Positions 1-7,887 of a DNA stretch of 64,000 bases are shown here, one piece after another. A model generated the notes under the pieces. The model was not told the DNA's origin, did not search any database, and saw only the letters and a list, made by a program, of their open reading frames with translations. Every line of letters starts with the position of its first letter. The stretch's first letter is position 1. The stretch lies in NCBI GenBank assembly GCA_030765235.1, contig JAVCCW010000025.1:240-64239 (forward strand). The letters are read 5' to 3'. The translations under genes were made by a program, and so were the position numbers. Source of the DNA: Candidatus Gorgyraea atricola (GTDB lineage Bacteria; Omnitrophota; Gorgyraeia; Gorgyraeales; Gorgyraeaceae).

Positions 1-111
1 GGTCGCATTAACAGGAAAATATTACCGGCAGATTGTTTTAGCTGTGCGCGTTGTTTGAATGTTTGTCCAGTTGATGCTATCCAATATACGTTTTTCTTAA
101 AAAAAGGGTAA
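1..111 (+). CDS. C-terminal end of a 4Fe-4S ferredoxin-domain protein (partial; upstream part lies outside the window)
   Basis: In-frame translation ...ADCFSCARCLNVCPVDAIQYTFFLKKG* shows a CxxCxxCxxxCP cluster motif; stop at 109-111. Confidence 0.45.
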   Translation, partial: GRINRKILPADCFSCARCLNVCPVDAIQYTFFLKKG

Positions 112-116
112 TCTAA

Positions 117-413
117 ATGATTGCACCAAGAAGCAATTATTTTAAGAGCGTACTGTTCTCCATAGTTATAATTTTTATATTTCTGTCTGTGGCAGCAGGG
201 TTTCTGCATAATCACAGCGATTCAGAATTTCATAATGATTGTCCTGTGTGTATTTTAGCTATAACCGCATATATAATTATATTTTTCACAATCCTTCTTT
301 TTGTAGATTTTCCATATATTGGTTTTACTTATATTACGTTCCAAAAGTTTATATATATAGATTTTTACTCCTCAAATTTTTCTCGAGCTCCTCCATTTCT
401 CTTTAAAGTCTAA
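117..413 (+). CDS. Small hypothetical membrane protein with a CPVC motif
   Basis: ORF of 98 aa with two hydrophobic segments; no recognisable family; AT-rich. Confidence 0.3.
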   Translation: MIAPRSNYFKSVLFSIVIIFIFLSVAAGFLHNHSDSEFHNDCPVCILAITAYIIIFFTILLFVDFPYIGFTYITFQKFIYIDFYSSNFSRAPPFLFKV

Positions 414-468
414 TTTCGTCACTTAAAATTCACTTATACTACATAAAATAGAGGAGTGTTGCCTTTAT

Positions 469-1197
469 ATGAAGAAAATTTTATATCTAACCTTATTTTT
501 AATGGGTATTGCATCTTTTGCGTATGCAGCAAGGCCATTATCTACCGATGATGCAGGAACAGTAGAAAAAGGATTTTTTGAGATAGAGAACGGTTTTGAA
601 TATGTTAAACAAGATGATGAAGAATATAATTTGAGCTTTGCTTTGAAATACGGTATTAGTGAAAGTTTTCATATAGGAGTAGAGCTTCCATATAAGTTTA
701 TTAACTTTAAGGAAAGCGAGGATATGGATGGTATAGGAGATCTCGTAGTTAGTTCTAAATATAATTTCTTGGAGGATGAAGGGAATTTGCCCAGCATGTC
801 TTTAGGTGTCAGTATCAAGACAGAAACAGGAGATGCAGATAAAGGCTTAGGCACAAGTGAAGTAGATTATGGTGTTAATGGAATAATGAGTAAGGAAATA
901 GGAAGATTAATCTCGCATTTAAATGTAGGTTATACATTTGTTGGAGGGCCAGGAAAGGATACATCTTCCTATGGGCTTGCTATGGAATATCCAATAAATG
1001 AAAATTTGAATGTATTAGGAGAGATTACTGGTGAGACAGCTTTTGATGGAGATTTTGATGACAATCCTTTTAGCGGACTGGTGGGGGTAAATTATGCTAT
1101 AAATGCGATGGTAATGTTCGATCTTGGAATAGGCTTTGAGATTTCAGATGCAAGCCCTGATTATACTATTGTTACAGGTTTGACATTAGGATTTTGA
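469..1197 (+). CDS. Secreted outer-membrane beta-barrel-like protein
   Basis: Signal peptide MKKILYLTLFLMGIASFAYA; alternating beta-strand-like composition; C-terminal ...LTLGF (terminal Phe is typical of OMPs); RBS ggagtg upstream. Confidence 0.55.
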   Translation: MKKILYLTLFLMGIASFAYAARPLSTDDAGTVEKGFFEIENGFEYVKQDDEEYNLSFALKYGISESFHIGVELPYKFINFKESEDMDGIGDLVVSSKYNFLEDEGNLPSMSLGVSIKTETGDADKGLGTSEVDYGVNGIMSKEIGRLISHLNVGYTFVGGPGKDTSSYGLAMEYPINENLNVLGEITGETAFDGDFDDNPFSGLVGVNYAINAMVMFDLGIGFEISDASPDYTIVTGLTLGF

Positions 1198-1215
1198 TAT
1201 TTTCATTAAGGATTG

Positions 1216-1393
1216 TACTAGTCACTATTTGGTCACTAGCAATAATCCTCAAAATCACCAATTCTCATAACTTATTGTGAGATAATAGGTTACAACCATA
1301 CAATCCATCTAGGACATCAGATTTTCGATCTGACGACACCGGTTCGAATCCGGTTGGGGACGCCATTTTATCATAACTAATTGTAAAATAATA
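1216..1393 (+). repeat. Composite repeat unit, copy 1 (actagtcactatttggtcactagc / ccaattc / tRNA-like fragment / ttgtaaaataataag); related to 3281-3391
   Basis: Same sub-blocks recur at 3281-3391 in a slightly different order, flanking the 1622-3244 gene on both sides. Confidence 0.7.
1317..1365 (+). other. tRNA-derived 3' fragment A: anticodon arm tcaga-TTTTCGA-tctga (anticodon UUC, Glu-like), T-arm accgg-TTCGAAT-ccggt, acceptor 3' strand tggggac, G, CCA; no 5' half present
   Basis: Canonical T-loop TTCGAAT and encoded CCA; the matching 5' acceptor strand gtcccca is absent upstream. Confidence 0.6.
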
Positions 1394-1535
1394 AGATAGG
1401 AAAGTACTTAATAAGCTACTCTTGAAGTGTCGTCAGATTGTATCTCTGATGACATAGCGGGGAGGGTCGAATTTAGCAAGTTTGTAGTTTTTTCAATAAT
1501 GCACCCACTGTAGCCATCTTTGTCTCGAAATCGCA

Positions 1536-1621
1536 CCCCTTCCCAATAAGCTATATTTGTGATATACTTATAATTGAATAAGTAGCTCAACTTAGCCCCT
1601 GAGAAAGGGCGATTTTTTGCC
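1536..1621 (+). promoter_or_regulatory. Conserved promoter/leader module of paralog family member P1 (extended -10 TGaTATACT at 1560-1568; motif gagaaaggg-N-tttttt before the ATG)
   Basis: About 80 nt are conserved with 9170-9261 and more weakly with 62836-62922 (ccccttcccaataagcYatatttgtgRtata ... gcccYtgagaaagggYgRttttttg ... gattATG). Confidence 0.55.
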
Positions 1622-3244
1622 ATGATTATGACGAGATTTAGAAAACTGTTAATCACAAAAACAATAGGATTGGTTATAATAGTTACGTTCTCTGTAACTA
1701 CTACAGTCTACGGCATAGATTTGTCAGACTTCGAGCATCTTAGAAAGCCCCTTGATTTTAGCGATGTTTCTTTGGATGCGGACAAGAGACACAGCGATGC
1801 AAGAAAAGACTTGGTAGCTACAGAAGAAAATCTAAGACTTATAGATGAAAATGAAAGAAATGATATTTTGCAAGCGATTAAAATTTCCATAGAGGGAGTA
1901 AGAATAGCAAAGCGTCTAAAATTAATTTCTCGAAAACAAAAAAATGAAAATATTTCTTTGTTGCGAGAATTAAAAAGAAAAAATTCAATCTTTATTCGTT
2001 CGAATCCTGAAAAAATATTAAACATAGATTATTTTTTGGGGCCAATTCGTTCCAACGAAAGATTTATTTTTGCCCAAGAATTATTTAATAGGTCCTGGTT
2101 TAAAGGGCGTGGCCTGGAATACCTATCCGACCTTATTCTCTTTCGCACCCTATCTACCGATGACCTAAGAAATAAAATCATAGGCGAGGAGAAAGTTATC
2201 AAGTTAAAGCAAACAGTAGAATTTTACCTAGAAAACTATAGGAAGTCTCCCCAAGAAAGAAACCTAACATTGCTCTATTTTGAAGAATCGTTAGAAGATA
2301 TTAGGCCCAGAGTAACAGAAGCAATAAAAGAAGTGATTGACCAATTGTTTTATCAGGAATCTGAAGAACGCAATAAATTAATACAAAGCTTAGAAACGTT
2401 AAATATTTTTAGATCTAGGAAGGGGAATTGGTTATCTACTAGCCATTATTATTGGGTACTTTTTAAAGCCTTGTTTCTTGGGCATTCTGTTAAGAAAGAT
2501 GTTGTTCATCATGAGATGGGGCATCATAGTAGATACCTTTTTAATTTAGAAGACCCTTTCAGTGTATTTGGAAATATAGTAAGAGGACTTTTGGGTAAGG
2601 AAGACGAAAACGTACAAAAGGGGAAAGATTATGCCCGTTCTTATTTGGAGCAAAAAGTAACTCAAGGGGAACTCAAGAAAACAATAAGCGAAAAATGGTT
2701 AGAGGGTAGGACTAAAAAATATAGAGATCCTAAAGATTTTTTCTCTGACGAGGATTATAAGGCAGGATATTTTTTAGCAGGTCTTTTCTTGGGATTACAT
2801 GGGAACGATAAAAAACGGGCAATGAAATTTGCATTGGATTTAACTTTTGCCGAATGGTTTAATTGGACAAGAAAATTTTTGAAAAAATATTATTTTTTAA
2901 ATAACCTTTATCTTGCTTTAGGGCTGGTAGGTGATATTTTATTTGTAATATCCGGTGGATGGGGTATTTATATATTAACAGAATCAGCATGGGCAGTAGT
3001 TGGTGGCGTTATCGCCATTATTGTTCTCGGAGCATTTTTAATGACAGGGCATGAATCTTACCGTGAGAAATTATTCAATGAAAGAGTCGAAAGAGGAGAT
3101 GTTAAAGATTTTGGTGCACCAATTGCAGATATAGACCTTATAGATGAAGAAGCTCCTCAACATAAGACTGATGATGCAGATGCAGCAAATAATTTGACTT
3201 CCGAACTAATTAAGTTTAGAAAACTTCAAGCAGACGATTTATAA
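1622..3244 (+). CDS. Paralog family member P1: signal-anchored protein with an HExxH (HEMGHH) motif and C-terminal transmembrane segments; putative secreted or membrane metallopeptidase-like protein
   Basis: 540-aa ORF; N-terminus ...TTTVYGIDLSDFEHLRKPL is shared with the ORF at 62923 and loosely with the ORF at 9262; HEMGHH at about aa 297; hydrophobic C-terminal region. Confidence 0.6.
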   Translation: MIMTRFRKLLITKTIGLVIIVTFSVTTTVYGIDLSDFEHLRKPLDFSDVSLDADKRHSDARKDLVATEENLRLIDENERNDILQAIKISIEGVRIAKRLKLISRKQKNENISLLRELKRKNSIFIRSNPEKILNIDYFLGPIRSNERFIFAQELFNRSWFKGRGLEYLSDLILFRTLSTDDLRNKIIGEEKVIKLKQTVEFYLENYRKSPQERNLTLLYFEESLEDIRPRVTEAIKEVIDQLFYQESEERNKLIQSLETLNIFRSRKGNWLSTSHYYWVLFKALFLGHSVKKDVVHHEMGHHSRYLFNLEDPFSVFGNIVRGLLGKEDENVQKGKDYARSYLEQKVTQGELKKTISEKWLEGRTKKYRDPKDFFSDEDYKAGYFLAGLFLGLHGNDKKRAMKFALDLTFAEWFNWTRKFLKKYYFLNNLYLALGLVGDILFVISGGWGIYILTESAWAVVGGVIAIIVLGAFLMTGHESYREKLFNERVERGDVKDFGAPIADIDLIDEEAPQHKTDDADAANNLTSELIKFRKLQADDL

Positions 3245-3280
3245 AAAATTATTCTATTAAAAAGATGCTTGAACTAGTCA

Positions 3281-3391
3281 CTATTTGGTCACTAGCGATA
3301 AACTGAAAACTTACCAATTCGCCCAACCTGTTGTAAAATAATAAGTTGTAAGTATAATATTTTACTAGGACATCAGATTTTCGATCTGACG
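3281..3391 (+). repeat. Composite repeat unit, copy 2, including tRNA-derived fragment B (ctaggacatcagattttcgatctgacg, 3365-3391)
   Basis: 27-nt identity with 1309-1335; shares actagtcactatttggtcactagc and ttgtaaaataataag with copy 1. Confidence 0.7.
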
Positions 3392-3404
3392 CCGATAAAA
3401 CCCC

Positions 3405-3433
3405 TTGACATTGTATATACCATATGGTATATT
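3405..3433 (+). promoter_or_regulatory. Sigma70-like promoter of the Fic gene (TTGACA-17-TATATT) carrying a perfect 18-bp palindrome ATATACCATATGGTATAT (3415-3432); candidate autoregulatory operator
   Basis: Read directly from the sequence; the downstream gene encodes an N-terminal HTH. Confidence 0.5.
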
Positions 3434-3437
3434 TTAA

Positions 3438-4346
3438 ATGGTGATAAATATGAAAAATGGTATATTTTCCGTACAAGAGCAGATTAGTTATATTATGAAA
3501 ATGTCTGGTATGAACCAGGCAGATATAGCTAGGGCTTTAGAGGTGGATTACAAGACTGTAAACAGGTGGATTAACGAAGAAAGGGCACCGCATACTGCAC
3601 ATAGGCAAAAGCTTTATAAGTTATTTATCGAAAAAGTTGATTTGCCTTTATTGGCCGCTAGATTAAAAAAAAGATACAAGAATCCTCTGAAAACAATAAA
3701 AGAAAACCCCAGCATATATAATAAGTTCCTGGTAAGTTTGACCTATAATTCAGATGCGATCGAAGGCAGCACTTTAACAGAGAGTGATACGGAAAGGATC
3801 ATTATACAAGGAGATGTCTTGGCCAATAAAAGCCAGAAGGCACAACAAGAGGCAATAAACCATAAGACAGCGCTGGAGTTTGTATTTTCAAAAGCAACCA
3901 GGGATTTTAAAATAGACGAAGGTTTTATATTGTCGTTGCACAGAATGGTTATGCACGGGTTAAGCAAAGACGCGGGTCAATTAAGAAGGGTAAACGTAAA
4001 CATAAGAGGGCTTCAGAAAAAATTGTCCCACTACCAGTTTGTTCCGCAGCTATTTAAGGAGTTTACCTCAGATGTAAATACGTACGGGGGTAATGTGATA
4101 AAAAAGACAGCCATTAATCATTATGAATTTGAAGAGATGCACCCATTTAGTGATGGGAATGGCAGGGTGGGTAGGCTCATTTCCATAACTCAGCTATTAT
4201 CAAAAAACTTCCCTCCTTGTGTAATACAAAATAAAGACAGAGAGCGTTACTATGGTGTTCTGCAGATGGGAGACATACATAGGTTTGACCCTATAGCGAA
4301 TTTTTTCGCTGAAAGCATTTTGCAAGGATATGCTTTGTTGGAATAA
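3438..4346 (+). CDS. HTH (XRE-like) plus Fic domain protein (adenylyltransferase family), class II architecture with an N-terminal inhibitory motif
   Basis: Fic motif HPFSDGNGRVGR; N-terminal HTH ...MNQADIARALEVDYKTVNRWI; SDAIEG matches the (S/T)xxxE(G/N) inhibitory motif; the true start may be the ATG at 3450. Confidence 0.8.
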   Translation: MVINMKNGIFSVQEQISYIMKMSGMNQADIARALEVDYKTVNRWINEERAPHTAHRQKLYKLFIEKVDLPLLAARLKKRYKNPLKTIKENPSIYNKFLVSLTYNSDAIEGSTLTESDTERIIIQGDVLANKSQKAQQEAINHKTALEFVFSKATRDFKIDEGFILSLHRMVMHGLSKDAGQLRRVNVNIRGLQKKLSHYQFVPQLFKEFTSDVNTYGGNVIKKTAINHYEFEEMHPFSDGNGRVGRLISITQLLSKNFPPCVIQNKDRERYYGVLQMGDIHRFDPIANFFAESILQGYALLE

Positions 4347-4391
4347 CTTTCCTCCTTGACCATCCTGATTTTTCTTCTATAATATAACGAC

Positions 4392-6224
4392 ATGCGTTAT
4401 ACCAGAGATCAAATATTATCCGCGCTCAAACAATATTGGGGTTATACTTCTTTCCGGCCTTTACAGGAAGAGATAATTTTTTCTATTCTCGAGGACAAAG
4501 AGAGCCTTACAGTCCTGCCCACTGGCGGGGGAAAGTCACTCTGCTTCCAATTGCCGGCGCTTCTTAGGGATGGCATGGCAGTTGTCATTTCTCCGCTTAT
4601 ATCTCTCATGAAAGACCAGGTGGACGCGTTAAAAGATATAGGAATAGCCGCGGTATATTTAAATTCCAGCTTATCTATTAAGGAACAAAGAAAAATAATA
4701 GCGCTTATCCAGGAGCAAAAAATAAAACTTCTCTATATCTCGCCTGAGCGTTTGCAGAACGAAGAGACAGTTGATCTCTTGCGCTCGGTACAGGTCTCCT
4801 TTTTTGTAATAGATGAGGCGCATTGTATAAGCCACTGGGGGCATGATTTCAGGGCTGACTATCGTAATCTCAGGATTATAAAGGAGATGTTCCCGTCGAT
4901 GAGTGTCCACGCGTTTACAGCCACTGCTACAAAAGCAGTGCAGGATGATATTGTGGCCCAGCTAAAATTTGACGACGCGAAAGTACACATTGCTTCTGTA
5001 GACCGGTCTAATCTGACATACAGGGTGGTGCCCCGCACGATCATTATACAGCAGATAACTGATGTGCTGAAAAAACACGTTAACGAACCAGGCATTATAT
5101 ATTGTCTGCGCAGGGATGATGTTGACACGATATCTGATAAATTAAATAAACTTGGTTTCGAGAACCTGCCTTATCACGCGGGCCTTACAGATGAAGTGCG
5201 CCACGTGAACCAGGATAAGTTCGTGCGTGAACAGGTCAATATAATAGTGGCAACAGTTGCCTTTGGCATGGGTATTGACCGTTCAAATATCCGTTTTATC
5301 ATACACGCTGCTATGCCCAAAAGCCTGGAATATTATCACCAGGAAACAGGACGCTCTGGCCGCGATGGACTCCCGTCATATTGTTACATGTTTTTTGGCG
5401 GCAGGGATTATCGCACCTGGAAGTTTCTGTCGGAAAAATCCTCTAATCAGGATACTCTCGTTGCTAAACTAAATACAATATATCATTTTTGCTCAAAGCC
5501 TCAGTGCAGGCACAAGGCTATCGCAGCTTATTTTGACCAGGTGTATGATAAAAATTCCTGCGCGGCCTGCGATTATTGCCTGGATGAATTTGACATGGTC
5601 GTGAATCCTTTAAAGATAGGGCAGGACATATTGTTCTGTATATACGAGGTCACACAGGATATCTCTTACGGATTTGGCGCAGGCCATATAGCCAATATAT
5701 TAAAGGGGCATCTGACCGATAATGTTGAAAGAAGAGGACATCATAAGTTAGCCAAGTTTGGTATGATGACCGGCACTTCGCTGGAATTCATAAGATACAT
5801 GATAGAGCAGATGATAGGCCAGGATTTTCTTGTAAGGGAGGGAGCGTATTCTACACTTTCGCTTACGCCTTCCGCGATAAAGGTGCTAAAAGGCGAGATC
5901 ACTCCGACGCTGGTCAAGCCGCTACTGGCCAAAAAGAAAAAAGAGATCGCGAAGAAAAGAAAAGAGATAAAAGAAAAAGAATGGCAGGGCATAGATCAGG
6001 AATTATTTCAGATGCTTCGCAGGAAACGAGCAGAGCTTGCGTTTAACCATCGTGTCCCAGCCTTCATAATCTTTGGAGACAAATCCTTAAAAGACATGGC
6101 CATCATAAAACCTACCACAAAAGAAACCTTTGCCACAGTATTTGGAGTAGGCGCCAAAAAAGCAGAGACCTACGCAGACACCTTTACTTCAATAATCAGC
6201 GAATACCTGAAGTCATATGACTGA
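4392..6224 (+). CDS. recQ: ATP-dependent DNA helicase RecQ
   Basis: Q-motif FRPLQ, Walker A PTGGGKS, DEAH box, zinc-binding cysteines, HRDC-like C-terminus; promoter TTGACC-16-TATAAT at 4356-4383. Confidence 0.9.
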   Translation: MRYTRDQILSALKQYWGYTSFRPLQEEIIFSILEDKESLTVLPTGGGKSLCFQLPALLRDGMAVVISPLISLMKDQVDALKDIGIAAVYLNSSLSIKEQRKIIALIQEQKIKLLYISPERLQNEETVDLLRSVQVSFFVIDEAHCISHWGHDFRADYRNLRIIKEMFPSMSVHAFTATATKAVQDDIVAQLKFDDAKVHIASVDRSNLTYRVVPRTIIIQQITDVLKKHVNEPGIIYCLRRDDVDTISDKLNKLGFENLPYHAGLTDEVRHVNQDKFVREQVNIIVATVAFGMGIDRSNIRFIIHAAMPKSLEYYHQETGRSGRDGLPSYCYMFFGGRDYRTWKFLSEKSSNQDTLVAKLNTIYHFCSKPQCRHKAIAAYFDQVYDKNSCAACDYCLDEFDMVVNPLKIGQDILFCIYEVTQDISYGFGAGHIANILKGHLTDNVERRGHHKLAKFGMMTGTSLEFIRYMIEQMIGQDFLVREGAYSTLSLTPSAIKVLKGEITPTLVKPLLAKKKKEIAKKRKEIKEKEWQGIDQELFQMLRRKRAELAFNHRVPAFIIFGDKSLKDMAIIKPTTKETFATVFGVGAKKAETYADTFTSIISEYLKSYD

Positions 6225-6411
6225 ATATATTTGCCCTCACTGCAAGCAGCCTGTTTATGATGACGATGCAATAAGGTGTCTTTATTGCGGGGAAAGTCTG
6301 AACCGTAGCATAGGCTTTATGGCACGCATAAAATATCCACCGTATAAAACAATAATCATCGCTGCCGTAATATTGGTCTTAGTAAGTTTTATCGCATTAA
6401 TAATTAGATAA
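6217..6411 (+). CDS. Small zinc-ribbon (CPHC...CLYC) protein with a C-terminal transmembrane helix
   Basis: 64-aa ORF overlapping the recQ stop; CxxC-N14-CxxC followed by a hydrophobic helix. Confidence 0.45.
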   Translation: MTEYICPHCKQPVYDDDAIRCLYCGESLNRSIGFMARIKYPPYKTIIIAAVILVLVSFIALIIR

Positions 6412-6422
6412 GAGGTGAAAAA

Positions 6423-7208
6423 ATGAAATTACCGAGTTCTTTAGTGGTGTTTGATCTTGAGACGACCGGTACTTGGATTGAGAAGGACAGGATAGTCGAG
6501 ATCGGTATGATCAAGTTATTGCCGGATGGTTCAAGAGAGGCTTATGTAAAACGCGTTAATCCTGGCATACCAATTCCACCTAATGTCAGTCGTATTATTA
6601 ATATCGTGGACGGTGATGTTAAAGACGCGCCGCGATTTAAGGATATAGCCAAGGAGGTGCAGGAGTTTATAGGCGATTCTGATCTTGGCGGATTCAATAT
6701 CCTGAGATTTGACCTGCCTGTATTGGAGCGCGAGTTTTTTGACGCGGGCTTCAGTTTTTATTGGCGCGAGCGTAATATATACGACGCGCAAAAAGTTTAT
6801 CACATACACGAAAAAAGGGACCTGACAGCCGCTTACCGGTTATACTGCGGAAAAAATCTTGATAACGCGCATTCCGCCCTGGGTGACGCTGAAGCAACGG
6901 TCGAGATATTTGACGCGCAGATCAAAAAGTACGGGGCCGTGGAGCAGGGCATAGAGTCTCTGAAAGATTTTGATTATGAACGCTCCAGCGCTTATTTTGA
7001 TAAAGGCCGAAAGTTTTGCTGGTGGAATGGCGAACTGTATCCAATGTTCGGTAAATATGGAAAGAAAAAACACATAAAGGACATCCTCAAGAATGACCGT
7101 CGATATTTAGAATGGGTGATTACCAAGGATTTTAGCGAGGAAATCAAGGTGATGATAAAAAAAGCCCTGGCCGGAGAATTGCCGCAGGCCCCGTCATTTG
7201 ATAATTAA
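6423..7208 (+). CDS. DEDDh 3'-5' exonuclease (DnaQ / DNA polymerase III epsilon-like) with a C-terminal extension
   Basis: Exo I motif VVFDLETTG; Exo III ...HSALGDAEAT; RBS agaggtg. Confidence 0.8.
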   Translation: MKLPSSLVVFDLETTGTWIEKDRIVEIGMIKLLPDGSREAYVKRVNPGIPIPPNVSRIINIVDGDVKDAPRFKDIAKEVQEFIGDSDLGGFNILRFDLPVLEREFFDAGFSFYWRERNIYDAQKVYHIHEKRDLTAAYRLYCGKNLDNAHSALGDAEATVEIFDAQIKKYGAVEQGIESLKDFDYERSSAYFDKGRKFCWWNGELYPMFGKYGKKKHIKDILKNDRRYLEWVITKDFSEEIKVMIKKALAGELPQAPSFDN

Positions 7209-7223
7209 AAGGAGGTTTAGCGT

Positions 7224-7877
7224 ATGACTTATCTAAGGATAATTTTAATATTAATATTCCTTTCAATCGTTTCTTGGGTAGGGGAGTCCAATGTTTTTGC
7301 TGAAAAATTAAAACCCATTGAGCTTTTAAAACCTCAGCTCGAAAGAGGCGTATTGTTAATGCAGGCGCTCAAGGAAAGAAAATCAGAACGTGAGTTCAGC
7401 ACCAAGGAGCTTTCCCTGGAACTTATTTCAAATCTTTTATGGGCTGCTTCTGGCGTAAACAGGCCTGATTCTGGAAAACTTACATCTCCCACTGCAAAAA
7501 ACTGGCAAGAAATCGAGATATATGTGGCTATGGAAAAAGGATTATATTTATACAATGCCCAAAAGCATACCTTAGAACCGATCATGGCTAAGGATGTGCG
7601 GGAGTTTGTCGGGCTTCAGTCTTTTACGCAAATAGCTCCTCTTGATCTTATATATGTAGCTGATTTTGCAAAAATGGGTGGACATAATGAAGGGACAATT
7701 TTTTATTCAGCGACCGATACAGGGTTTATCAGTCAGAATGTATATCTTTTCTGTGCATCAGAAGGGCTGGCAACTGTTGTCCTGGGCTGGGTTGATAAAC
7801 CAGCCTTGTCAAAAATCATGAACCTTAGAGACGATCAAAGTATAATACTTACACAGCCAGTAGGTTATCCAGAGTAA
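7224..7877 (+). CDS. Secreted nitroreductase-superfamily (SagB-type dehydrogenase-like) protein
   Basis: Signal peptide; RxSPTAKNWQEIEIYV resembles the SagB-type RxSPSAGxxYPxExY region. Confidence 0.55.
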   Translation: MTYLRIILILIFLSIVSWVGESNVFAEKLKPIELLKPQLERGVLLMQALKERKSEREFSTKELSLELISNLLWAASGVNRPDSGKLTSPTAKNWQEIEIYVAMEKGLYLYNAQKHTLEPIMAKDVREFVGLQSFTQIAPLDLIYVADFAKMGGHNEGTIFYSATDTGFISQNVYLFCASEGLATVVLGWVDKPALSKIMNLRDDQSIILTQPVGYPE

Positions 7878-7887
7878 GGGAAATTTT

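Noticed and set aside
1317-1365. Possible complete tRNA-Glu gene
   Set aside because: Only the anticodon arm, variable loop, T-arm and acceptor 3' strand plus CCA are present. No complementary 5' acceptor strand (gtcccca) or D-arm exists upstream, so it is a 3' fragment or pseudo-tRNA. The same holds for 3365-3391 and 10215-10250.
1590-1621. Hairpin plus T6 (gcccctgagaaagggcgattttttgcc) immediately before the ATG of paralogs P1 and P2, read as a transcription attenuator
   Set aside because: The stem is only 4-5 bp, and the P3 leader lacks an equivalent hairpin although it keeps the aaagg..ttttttt motif. The conserved motif may equally be a translation-initiation or protein-binding element. 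It is kept as part of the conserved-leader finding, not as a terminator call.
1408-1656. Minus-strand ORF across the tRNA-fragment and leader region, and minus-strand ORFs 10157-10348, 10195-10464, 62426-62617, 62676-62894, 63399-63620, 63677-63883
   Set aside because: They overlap repeat elements, tRNA or tRNA-like sequence, or are antisense to the HEAT-repeat gene. They have no conserved features.
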